This document shows, in pieces, positions 28,262-39,283 of a DNA stretch of 64,000 nt. The stretch is from Mobula hypostoma. Lineage: Eukaryota. Made by a program: the position numbers and the translations under genes. How positions within the stretch are numbered: the stretch's first letter is position 1; every line of letters begins with the position of its first letter. Below the pieces are notes generated by a model that was not told the origin of the DNA, searched no databases, and saw nothing but the letters and a program-made list of their open reading frames with translations. Where the stretch lies: NCBI RefSeq assembly GCF_963921235.1, contig NC_086107.1, forward strand, positions 109,804,001 through 109,868,000, given 5' to 3'.

Positions 28262-28445
28262 TTGTCAGGTAAAACGGATGCAAAAATAAAAACGAAATAC
28301 CAACATCTAATAAATTAGTTTATAGTTGCTCTTGTGAATGCCTTGCAGCTAACATCCAGTCTACCCTGTTACCTTGGTAACCTCACTTGGGGCACTGGTG
28401 CACTTTAGCCGAGGCCCCTACTATGTACCAGCAACTAGGGGGCGA

Positions 28446-29716
28446 CTACTTTGTCATACTAGTGCCCAGAGGAGAGTGTTCGATTTTGCCGGAAGTCTGG
28501 CGTGGCCGTTTCAATGCCCCAGAGCCTGTGGGAGGTTGTTCTGTTGTGCCAACACCCTGGGGCGGCTGCTTGTTTATCTTGGTGTATGTCCGCAGTGGGC
28601 GCCCGTGGCGACCTCTGGGAGAGCAGGGTTCCAGCGCGCTGCCATCGGGGGCTGTGGCACGGGACGCCTTGACGTGGGACACGGGCAAGGGCTTTGCCCG
28701 AGGGGAGAAGCTGATGCCGCGAGGGAGGACACTGGTCCGGAGAAGCGGAACGCCGCTGGGCCTCTCCCGGGGGCGGGCGGCCAGCTCCCTGCAGATCTGC
28801 TGCGTCCCCGACTGCACCGCGTCCGTCAGAGACTTCAGGCCGGCGCCGATCCCCACCACCAGGTCCCGCAGGACAGCCGTCTGCTCCCGCAGCGCCGCCG
28901 TGTTCTTCCGGGAGGTGGCCCTCTGCTCGCGCAGGGCGGCGATCTGCTCGTGCTGGAGGGCCAGCTGCTCCCGCGCGGCCTCCCTCTGTTCGCGGAGGAG
29001 GGCGACCTGCTCCCGGACGGCCTCCCGCTGCTCCCTCATGACGGCCACCTGCTCCCGGCTGACGGCCAGCAGCGCCCGGCTGGGGTTACCCTGGGCCTCC
29101 ATGGAGGCGCAGAGACTTTGAACAGCCTCCTCCTGCGCCTCCATGGAAGCCAGGACCCGGTCCATCAGCCGCTGCATCGCGGCAGCGTCCGTGCCGGTCG
29201 GAATGGAGCTGCGTATCACCTCCACGCTGGAGCTGAGGCTGTCCTGGCTCCAAAGGACCTCCTGTGCAAGGTTGGAGACCGACACCTCCATACTCCTGGC
29301 CATCTCCTGCATCCTGTCTGAAAGGCTAGATAACGAGCCAAGCATTTCGCCGTGCATCTGCACCAGCCTTTTCTTGAATGCCTCCCTGTCAAAGTTCTCG
29401 CTCAGGTCCTCCGGGGCAGTGCTGCTATGCGGACTCTCTCGCCGGGGGGCCTGCACCTCACTTTCCCTTTGCTTCTTGGCTGGCTGCAGCCCACTAGTGC
29501 CAGCGACGTCGCGATGGGAAGTACGACCCTCCAAGAGCTTGTCCTCTGCCTTCAGGGTTGCACTGTCCGAAAAGGCGCTCAGAGATAGGTGCCATGACGT
29601 GAGGTGCCCCTCTTCCTCCATATCTTCCTCAGAGACCTCCTCCTCCTCCTCCTCCTCATCCTCTTCCTGCTTTTGTATCTGATCTGAGGATGATGGTGAA
29701 TTTCCCTCCGGAAAGT
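28446..29716 (-). CDS. Intronic 423-codon terminal exon (acidic tract, helical region, REQ-heptad coiled coil); predicted alternative last exon of IRF3
   Basis: Uninterrupted GC-rich ORF; acceptor ctttttctttatcattgcag|AC (phase 1, same as IRF3 exon 4); stop TAG at 28446-28448; poly(A) signal downstream. Confidence 0.8.
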
Positions 29717-32700
29717 CTGCAATGATAAAGAAAAAGAGCATGGCTACTTATATTGCAGGGTTCCCGGATGGAAAGTAGCCAACAGTCTGCCACCCGGTGG
29801 CGGCCCTCTGTCATTGCAGCGAGCGGAGCGCAGGATCTCCGCAAAGATTTTGCGTGCCCTCCTCCTGTGCCCCCAGTGCAAGCCGGAACCCAAAACTCAC
29901 GCAACGCAGTGCTAGATGGCCCGCGGCAGTCTGCAAGGAGTTTCTACGTTCTGCCCAAGACCTCGTGGGTTTCCTCTGGCTTCCTCCCATGTTCCAAAGA
30001 CGTACCGGTTAAGATTAGTAAAACTGTGGGCGCGGTTAGTTGGCGCCGGAAGTGTGGCGACACTCGCGGGCTGCCCCCAGCTCGTCCTCGGACGGTGTTG
30101 GTCGTTGACACAAAACGACGCATTTCACTGTACGTTTCGATGCAGGACCACAAGACACAGGAGCAAAATTAAACCATTCATCCCATCGAGTCTGCTCCGC
30201 CATTCCATCATGGCTGGTTCATTTTCCCTCACAACACCATTCTCCTGTCTTCTCCCCGTAACCTCTGACGCCCTTACTAATCCTGTCGGCCTCTGCTTTA
30301 AAAACACCCAATGACTTGGCCTCCGCTGCCTTCTGTGGCCATGAATTCCACAGATTCACCACCCTCTGGCTAAAGAAATTCCTCCTCATCTCTGTTCTAA
30401 AGGGACGTTCTTCTATTATGAGAACAAAGGCCAATACTGTGACGTGTACACAGGACAAATAAAACTAATCTTTATCTTTGCTTTTGATTCATTAAGGGAG
30501 ATAGGGGCTATGAAGGGCCTTAAGGAATGGCAAATCGGATGTGTTTAGCCCTCCCTCTGCGATAACTTGGGCTTGGGGATTGGCTGTGTACAGAGGGGAT
30601 TCTTTCTTCTTGCCCAGTCTGAGGGGGAAGGACAGCCTAAGAGGCTTCCCACCTGCCGGCCAGACCACCAGCGATCACTGGAAAACTGTGCCTGAAAGAT
30701 AAGGGGGGAACACACATAAAATGCTGGAGGAACTCAGCAGGCCAGGTAGCATCTCGCAAAAGAGTAGTCTACGTTTCAGGCCGAAACTCTTCGGCAGGAC
30801 CCTAAAACGTCGACAGCACTCTTTTCCTAGATGCTGCCTGGCCTGCTGAGTTCCTCCAGCATTTTGTGTGTTGCTCGGATTTCCAGCGTCTGCAGATTTT
30901 CTCCTTTGAGATAAAGGGGGAAAGTCTTTTACAGAACGGTCCTCTGCTTGATCTACGTAGGTGTCAGTTCGTCTGTCGCTCAGCACGGGAGCATGCGCCT
31001 GCATTGCGTGCATGAGGTGAAGGTTTGCAAGGGGCTCCAAGTCGTCGACGCATTTGAGACGCAGCTCAGAGTGCTGACATTAGCTGCAATCTTTGCACTT
31101 CTGTCTGCAAAGCTCTGTTTTCCTTCAGATCGCACTCCCAGCAGACGGCTGTCCGTCCAGTCCTACCAGCTACAACCGAGCTTAAACCTCGAAAGCCTCT
31201 TGATACCACACCCCAGTGCATTCCATCCACCGGCTTGGGTGGGGTTTAATCCACTGGGATGACCGGTATTATACAGGGATCACTCCGTGTCCACTCCCCT
31301 CCCTCAACAGACCACATGGCCATTTTTCAGCTACCCTGGCACACGATCTCCATGGCTTTAGAACCTGCATCATACACCTGACTGGGAAACACTGCCTGAG
31401 GGAAACAAAACTGTACCGACATACTCGGACCCCAATCGAAAACTGTGACCCCAATGGCCCATTATTGATCAAAGCAGTGAGACATTTTAACGTGGCTATA
31501 TGGTCTGAAAGAACAGAGTTTACTCCTCTCCATCGATGCTGCCTGACCTGCTGAGTTTCTCCAGCATTTTGTGTGTGGATATTTCTTTGATTCTCTCTTC
31601 TTCTTGAACAATCGTTATTTCTGCTTCCCCACCTCCTCTAAGATGCTTAGTTTCCCCCCATACACACCGCACTCCTATCAACTCCCTCTCTCTCAAACCC
31701 ACCACCCCTCCTTCCCCTATCCACTGCCACTTCCACCACAGCTCCCGCTCCATCCCTCATGTGCCACGAGTCCTCCCTCCCCATTCACCGTCTCACCCTG
31801 ATGACCCACCTTCACATTCCCCTGGCGTCCGACCCCTTACTAACCTCTTCATCCCACTCCACCCAACCAAGTCTACACACCAAGCCCACCTACCTGAATT
31901 CCTCCCATGTTTTTCCAACCCCTTAATATTGTTATAGCTGGGAGTGATAATGGACACAAGCTCCCACTGCCAACTTAATGCTCCCGTTGACGTGCGCCTC
32001 AAATAGCCCCTGATAACCAAGACCACCTCCTGGCCTTCACATGCAGCTTCGCTACTAAGCCCCAGGTGGGCTGTTTCTACCGAAAGGAGAGGGCAAAGGC
32101 GGGTTACTGGTGCCGTAAAACCAGTCGCTTCGGGCAGACGGAGCTCATTGTGGTTGGCAGCTCGTTTAGGAGAAGGCAAACTCTGATCTCAAACCTCCGC
32201 TGCCTTGCGGCTACACCCACTCACGGGGAAGGCTTCGGGAGTAAACCCCCGCGAGGGAAAAATCTGGAAATGGAGTCCCTAAGGCAGCGCTACGTTGAGC
32301 TCAACGCTGACTGGCAACTCCTGAGACGCTGCTGGTACCAAACTGTATTGGTCTTTGCCGTTCCTCTGGACTCATCAGGTGTGGAGAGGGGGCAACAGCT
32401 TGCTCTCCAGATGGTACTGCCCTGGCTTGTGTATCTAGACAGCTAGGACTCAACATCCATGGTCAGCCCTGACTGACGGAAGCCTCCCAGCCCTTCCTCC
32501 CTCGATGAGGGGCAGAGTTAGCTCAAGGGCCCAATGATCGTCCCCTGCTCATGCCTTCCAAGGCCCCTCCTCCTCCATCACGCTGCGTCTCCCTCCCTGC
32601 AGGCGGAATTCAACCGGGAGCCTTGTGAAGTGACACACTTTGGAACAAACTTGAAAGCGGGGAACACGGCAGAATCCTTAGCAGTGTGGACGACCGGAGA

Positions 32701-34821
32701 GATCTTGTGGTCTATATCCACAGGTCTCCAAAGTTGATAGGAGTGGTTCAGGTGGCTTCCGTTATTCAGGGGCTGAAGGCCGTGAGGTAACACCGCGACT
32801 CGGCAAAACTCTGGTTAGACCATGGTATTGTGTTCTGTTCTGCTCACCCCGTTATAGGAAGGAAGTGGAAGCTTTAGGGAGGGTGCGGAGGAGATTTACC
32901 AGGAGGCTTCCTGGACTACAGAGCAGGTTTTATGAGGATCGGTTGAGCGAGCGAGGTGTCTTCTCTTTGGGGGAAAAGGAGGTGACCTGACATAAGGTGT
33001 ACAAGATGACAAAAGGTACAGATAAGAGTAGACAGCCAGAGACTTCTTCACAGGGAGGAAATGGCTAATACAGCAGGGGAAAATTTTAAGATGATCAAAG
33101 GAAAGTATGGGGGGGGGGGGACATCAGAGGTAGGTTTTTTAACATAGAGTGCATGAAGATCAAGGAATGCACTGTTGGGGGTGATGGTACAGGTTAGTAT
33201 ATTAGGGACATTTAAGACACTCTTCAGACACGTGGATGAAAGAAAAGTGGACGGCTATGTGGAAGGGAAGAGTTAGATTGATCGTAGAGTGGGTTAAAAC
33301 GTGAACACAACATACAGGCTGAAAGGCCTGTACTGTGTTGTATTTGCTACCCTCCACTCCATCTCCATCAGTCATTCTACTGGGAAGTCCCTGTCATAAG
33401 ACACAGGAGCAAATTAGGACATTCAGCCCTTCGAGTATGCAATGCCATTCCCATCACAGTTGATCGATTATCCCCCCTCGACCCCATTCCCCTGCCTTCT
33501 CCCCACAACCAATCAACCTCCGCTTTAAATGGACCCAAAGACCTGGCCTCCACAGCCGTTCGTGGCAGTGAATTGTACAGATTCCCCGCCCTCCGGCTGA
33601 AGAAATTCCTCCTCGTCTCGGTTCCACAGTGGTGTCCTTCTACTCTGAGGCCATGCCCTCGGGTTCTAGTCTCACCCAGAACAGGAAACATCCTCTCCAC
33701 GTCCACTCTACCCCGGCCTTTCAACATCCCATAGGCTTCAATAAGATTCACCCTCCCTTCCATTCTTCTCCAGTAAGCACAGGACCAAAGACGTCAAACA
33801 CACCTCGTACGTTAACCGTGAGCCTCCTCTGGACCCTCTCCAATGCCAGCGCATCCTTTCTTAGAAACGGAGCCCAGAACTGCTCAGTGCCCTCTTCAAG
33901 TTTCTATCTAGTCATTGATGACAGAATGAGATTTGACAAGAATTGCGTGGGATCTCTGCAGTCTGTGGAAGTGGGGGAGCTAGAGTCAGACGCCATCTAC
34001 TAGACAAAATGCTAAATCAAAGCCCTTTATGCTCCATCAGACAGGTGTCAGAGATCACACTGCTTACCCTTTACTTGGTCTTAAAGGCAGATTAATGCGC
34101 TGCACTCAGTGGTCCCTTTAATAGGTGCACCCGCTCGTTAATGCAAATATATAATTAGCCATTCGCTCGGCAGCAACTCCATGCATAAGAGCACGCAGAC
34201 ACGGTCAAGAGGTTCAGCTGCTGTTCAGACCAAACATCAGAATGGGGAAGAAACGTGATCCCAGTGACTTTGTGCAATGATAGCTGGTGCCAGATGGGGT
34301 GGTTTGAGCATCTCAGAAACTGCTGATCTCCTGGGATTTTCACACACAACAGCCTCTAGAGTTTACAGAGAACGGTGCGAAAAACAAATAAAACACCCAA
34401 TAAGCAGTTCCAAGGGCGAAAATGCCTTGTTAATGAGGGAGATCAGAGGAGAATGGCAAGACAGAAAGGCAACAGTAACTCAAATAACCACACGTTACAA
34501 TGGTGTGCTGAAGAGCACCTGATGTCGAAACTTGAAGTGGGTGGGCTACAGCAGCAGAAGACCGCAAGCATACACTCAGCGGCCACTTGATTAGGTCCAG
34601 GTGGTACCTAATAAAATACCCAGAGAGCATCATCACAGTAACCTTTTAAGGAACTGACTGCCCATCCTCCATAAGGGTAACCGCCAGGTTAGAGCAGACT
34701 GTTTGTACCCCAAACAATTCTCAAGTCAGAGAGGCAGACTGAGTTGCCAGGCAGCAGAAGATGCCAGCAGGTCTATCCTGCTCGTCACTCAAACGCTCCA
34801 TCGCACGTACAGATTTTAACG

Positions 34822-34980
34822 CACGTTGGACGCTCGTAACTTGGGGAGAACCGATTGTGTTTCTTGGATTTACTGTGAATGCGCGAAAGGAAGTGAATCT
34901 ACACGTTGGACGTTCGTAACTTGGGGAGAACCGATTGTGTTTCTTGGATTTACTGTGAATGCGCGAAAGGAAGTGAATCT
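34822..34980. repeat. Tandem duplication, 2 x ~80 bp
   Basis: CACGTTGGACG(C/T)TCGTAACTTGGGGAGAACC...GGAAGTGAATCT repeated at 34822 and 34902. Confidence 0.9.
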
Positions 34981-35276
34981 TGGGGTTGTACGTGGTGACA
35001 CATATGTTGTTGTTGTTCCTTCGCGCGCCTTCTGGGCATTTCTGCTGTATCTGACGCATTTGTCTATCTTTCCACGAGGCCGAGTGGCTAGCTCGATGCT
35101 CAGCCCAGCACGGGTGGAAAGCGCGCAAGCAAGGAGCTGGCCGGATTCGAACTCGGGCCCACTCGCCCCGCAGTCCGGGTGCGGATGCCACGACACCACC
35201 AGCCAGCGTTAACTTCTATGTGCTTTGATAATAAATTTAACTTTGAACTTTGGAATGACAGACTGAGGTTACTCAC

Positions 35277-35448
35277 CGGAGTTATGGATCTCGTAGATCA
35301 AGTGGGGGTCGAGGGGATCACTCCTGTTGTCCTGCACTCTACGGAAATGCTTCTTTCGTGCTAAAGCACTTCGGAAGTTTCTCTTCCACACAGGGGGATT
35401 TGGAGCATCGATTCCTACTCTGTACCGGCCACTGGCTATTGCCCAAGC
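35277..35448 (-). CDS. IRF3: IRF3 exon 3, DNA-binding domain C-half
   Basis: Reads AWAIASGRYRVGIDAPNPPVWKRNFRSALARKKHFRRVQDNRSDPLDPHLIYEIHNS. WKRNFRSAL is IRF3-type (IRF7 has KTNFRCAL). 172 nt, cttcgcag|GCT ... TCCG|gtgagt, phase 0 to 1. Confidence 0.95.
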
Positions 35449-37345
35449 CTGCGAAGCATACAAAAACATGTTAGCATCTGCTCAGGTACCTCCTGTACCT
35501 AATAAAGTGGCCACAGATTGTACGTTCATGGTCTTCTGCTGCTGTAGCCCATCCACTTCAAGGTTCGATGTGTTGTGCGTTCAGAGATGATCTTCCGCAC
35601 GCCGCTGCTGCAACGGGTTGTTATTTGAGTTACTGTCGCCTTCCTGTCAGCTTGAACCAGTCTGGTCATTCTCTTCCAACCTCACAGGGCATTAACAAGG
35701 CCCACAGAACTGCCACGCACGGGATGGTTTTTGTCTCTCACACCATTCTCTGTAAGCTCTGGAGAGTGGTGTGTGTGTGTGTGAAAATCCCAAGAGCTAA
35801 GCAGTTTCTGAGATACTCAAACCACCCCATCTGGCACCAACAGTTAGTCCTCGGTCAAAGTCACTTAGATCACATTTCTTCCCCACTCTAATGTTTGGTC
35901 TGAGTAACAACTGAACCTCTTGACCATGTCTGCATGCTTTTATGCATTGAGTTGCTGCCACATGATTGGCTGATTAGATATTTGCATTAACGAGCAGGGT
36001 ACTTAATAAAGTTGCCTGCGTATATACGATAACACTGCAATTAAACTGTTACATACAGCATACGCGGAGCAAGAACAACAACAACAGTACGATTAAACAT
36101 TTTTGCTGAATCATACTAGCAACTGTACACACTGGTCAATTTACCTGCTCGAGTGACAAACCGGACCCACCGTAATGAAAATATGCACCCGCGAAAAGAG
36201 ACGTAGAAGTTCCGTGCGTAGAAGACCCAAATGATTTACCGTGCAATTGGCCACACTTGCAAGAAGAGGACCACAACCTTGTCGTTGGGTTTGGAGACGC
36301 ACGAGCCTCAGTGACCCGGACAGCTATGCTGGCTGGAGTCAGGGCTTTATGCTTTGGCTCTTGGTAGGGTCACCCATGCCAAACAGGTCAAAGGGCGGAG
36401 GCCAGACTAAAAGTGGTCCACCGGTCCTCCAGGTTCGGGGGTTCAGCTCAGGGCTAACAACCCTGACTGATAAAACAAAATTGTTACGAAAACAGCAATG
36501 AAGAATGCTTCTACATCGGAGTGTGATGGTATTCCTGAGTCTCCACCCGGGACTTGCATGAGTGACAGTAGTGAAAACCGAAAGGAGGCTACTGACAGGA
36601 TGAAGGAAGCCCTGAACAGCTCCAGAGATGGAGGACCTTCATTGCTGCCCTAAACTCCAGTGGCGTATCAAGCAGTAACTAACTGTTTGATACGCCACTG
36701 CTCAGTCTCACAATCAATTCGATACAGATCATAAATGTCTACAACAATGCACTGTTTTTTCTTAAAATGAAGTAACATTACTTCCCAATATTAAGTCAAA
36801 CAAATCTTTTTTAAATATTACAAAAAGAGAAAACGCTCGTCTAAAATGCAGAGAAACTGCTGGAAATCCGAACAAACAGCGCATCGGTTTAAAACCCCAT
36901 GCTGTTGGAGGGAGCGTGTTAGCATGTTTATCAGAAAAATCTGAAAAAAATACTCAACCTGTCAGGCAGCACCTGTAGAGACTGAGACAAAGTTAATGCT
37001 TCAGGACAATGAAATTCCCTTTATTCTCCTTCTCTCAAACAAAATGTGTTTACTTATTTATTTAGAGACACAAGGTGGAACATACCCTTCCGACCTACCG
37101 AGCTGCCCCACCCAACAACCCACCAATTTAACCCTAGCTGTTGGAATCAGTTGTTTTTATTTGTTTTTAAATAAGATATTAGTTGAATTAATGCAAGACT
37201 AAAGTCATAGCTTTTATTTCTAACAAACATGGATACTTTCAGAACGCAAACAACAGGAATTCTGCAGATGCTGGAAATTCAAGCAACATACATCAAAGTT
37301 GCTGGTGAACGCAGCAGGCCAAGCAGCATCTATAGGAAGAGGCGC

Positions 37346-37381
37346 AGTCGACGTTTCAGGCTGAGACCCTTCGTCAGGACT
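37346..37381 (-). ncRNA. Minimal hammerhead motif, sense to IRF3 intron 2
   Basis: Same sequence as the 23126-23161 copy; core intact. Confidence 0.6.
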
Positions 37382-37624
37382 AACTGAAGGAAGAGTGAGT
37401 AAGGGATTTGAAAGCTGGAGGGGGAGGGGGAGATGCAAAATGATAGGAGAAGACAGGAGGGGGAGGGATAGAGCCGAGAGCTGGACAGGTGATAGGCAGA
37501 AGGGGATACGAGAGGATCACGGGACAGGAGGTCCGGGAAGAAAGACGGGGGGGGGGGACCCAGAGGATTGGTGCCAGATGGGCTGGTTTGCTGATTCCTG
37601 GGACTTTCACGCACAATCATCGTA

Positions 37625-38400
37625 TAGTAGAGTCATACTTTATTGATCCTGGGGGAAATTGGTTTTCGTTACAGTTGCACCATAAATAATTAAATAGTAA
37701 CAAAACCATAAATAGTTAAATAGTAATATGTAAATTACGCCAGGAAATAAGTCCAGGACCAGCCTATTGGCTCAGGGTGTCTGACCCTCCAAGGGAGGAG
37801 TTGCAAAGTTTGATGGCCACAGGCAGGAATGACTTCCTATGACACTCTGTATTGCATCTCGGTGGAATGAGTCTCTGGCTGAATGTACTCCTGTGCCCAC
37901 CCAGTACATTATGTAGTGGATGGGAGACATTGTCCAAGATGGCATGCAACTTGGACAGCATCCTCTTTTCAGACACCACCTTCAGAGAGTCCAGTTCCAT
38001 CCCCACAACATCACTGGCCTTACGAATGAGTTTGTTGATTCTGTTGGTGTCTGCTACCCTCAGCCTGCTGCCCCAGCACACAACAGCAAACATGATAGCA
38101 CTGGCCACCACAGACTCGTAGAACATCCTCAGCATCGTCCGGCAGATGTTAAAGGACCTCACTCTCCTCAGGAAATAGAGACCATGCCAGACCATGTTGC
38201 AACCAGTCAGTATACTCTCCAACACACATCTAGAGAAGTTTGTCAAAGTTGTAGATGTCATGCTAAATCTCTGCAAACTCCTAAGGAAGCAGAGGGGCTG
38301 CCGTGCTTTCTTTGTAATGGCACTTGCTTGCTGGGCCTGGGACAGCTCCTCTGAAACGATGACACCTACGATTTTATAGTTGATAATCCTTTCCACCTCT
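37625..38400 (-). mobile_element. Rex1/Babar or L2-like LINE 3' fragments (two joined pieces)
   Basis: LYFLRRVRSFNICRTMLRMFYESVVASAI...HPLH...RKSFLPVAIKL, an RT C-terminal motif set. Confidence 0.75.
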
Positions 38401-38421
38401 GATCCTCCAATGAGAACTCGT

Positions 38422-39283
38422 CAATATATAAAAGGCCACATTGGGAGCACCGGACGCAGTATATCACCCCAGCCGACTCAGAGGTGAAGTGTTGCCTCAC
38501 CTGGAAGGACTGTTTGGGGCCCTGAATGGTGGTAAGGGAGGAAGTGTAAGCCCCAAACAGTCCTTCCAGGTGAGGCAACACTTCACCTCTGAGTCGGCTG
38601 GGGTGATATACTGCGTCCGGTGCTCCCAATGTGGCCTTTTATATATTGGCGAGACCCGACGCAGACTGGGAGACCACTTTGCTGAACACCTATGCTCTGT
38701 CCGCCAGAGAAAGCAGGATCTCCCAGTGGCCACACATTTTAATTCCACATCCCATTCCCATTCTGATATGTCTATCCATGGCCTCCTCTACTGTAAAGAT
38801 GAAGCCACACTCAGGTTGGAGGAACAACACCTTATATTCCATCTGGGTAGCCTCCAACCTGATGGCATGAACATTGACTTCTCTAACTTCCGCTAAGGCC
38901 CCACCTCCCCCTCGTACCCCATCTGTTACTCATTTTTATGCACACATTCTTTCTCTCACTCTCCTTTTTCTCCCTCTGTCCCTCTGAATATACCTCTTGC
39001 CCATCCTCTGGGTCACCCCCCCCCGTCTTTCTTCCCGGACCTCCTGTCCCATGATCCTCTCGTATCCCCTTCTGCCTATCACCTGTCCAGCTCTCGGCTC
39101 CATCCCTCCCCCTCCTGTCTTCTCCTATCATTTTGCATCTCCCCCTCCCCCTCCAGCTTTCAAATCCCTTACTCACTCTTCCTTCAGTTAGTCCTGACGA
39201 AGGGTCTCGGCCTGAAACGTCGACTGCGCCTCTTTCTATAGATGCTGCTTGGCCTGCTGCGTTCACCAGCAACTTTGATGTAT
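38422..39283 (+). mobile_element. Penelope-like element 3' part (GIY-YIG endonuclease) with 5' inversion
   Basis: GVIYCVRCSQCGLLYIGETRRRLGDHFAEH...RLEEQHLIF.LGSLQPDGMN; inverted duplication at its 5' end. Confidence 0.9.
39190..39225 (+). ncRNA. Minimal hammerhead motif at the Penelope 3' end
   Basis: AGUCCUGACGAAGGGUCUCGGCCUGAAACGUCGACU; core intact. Confidence 0.6.

Noticed and set aside
28374..29682. Long plus-strand ORFs (315, 244, 179 aa)
   Set aside because: Antisense shadows of the GC-rich repetitive minus-strand exon; no splice or poly(A) support.
29717..29741. ATG at 29741 as the start of a standalone 431-aa gene
   Set aside because: MLFFFIIA is the translated polypyrimidine tract and acceptor; better explained as intron, though not formally excluded.
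30900..31150. Possible upstream Myb/SANT exon (IAANVSTLS...TQCRR) for the intronic ORF
   Set aside because: Lacks the conserved tryptophan pattern, hits a stop codon, and has no phase-compatible donor; at most a decayed remnant.
31985..32480. HDV-like ribozyme in RTE-like 5' sequence (related copy ~41040-41400)
   Set aside because: I could not build the nested double pseudoknot by eye; a descriptor search would be needed.
34822..34980. CRISPR-like or functional array
   Set aside because: Simple two-copy tandem duplication within a repeat tail; no spacers; eukaryotic context.
35277..35448. Assignment as IRF7
   Set aside because: WKRNFRSAL and the RK motif match IRF3, not the IRF7 KTNFRCAL.
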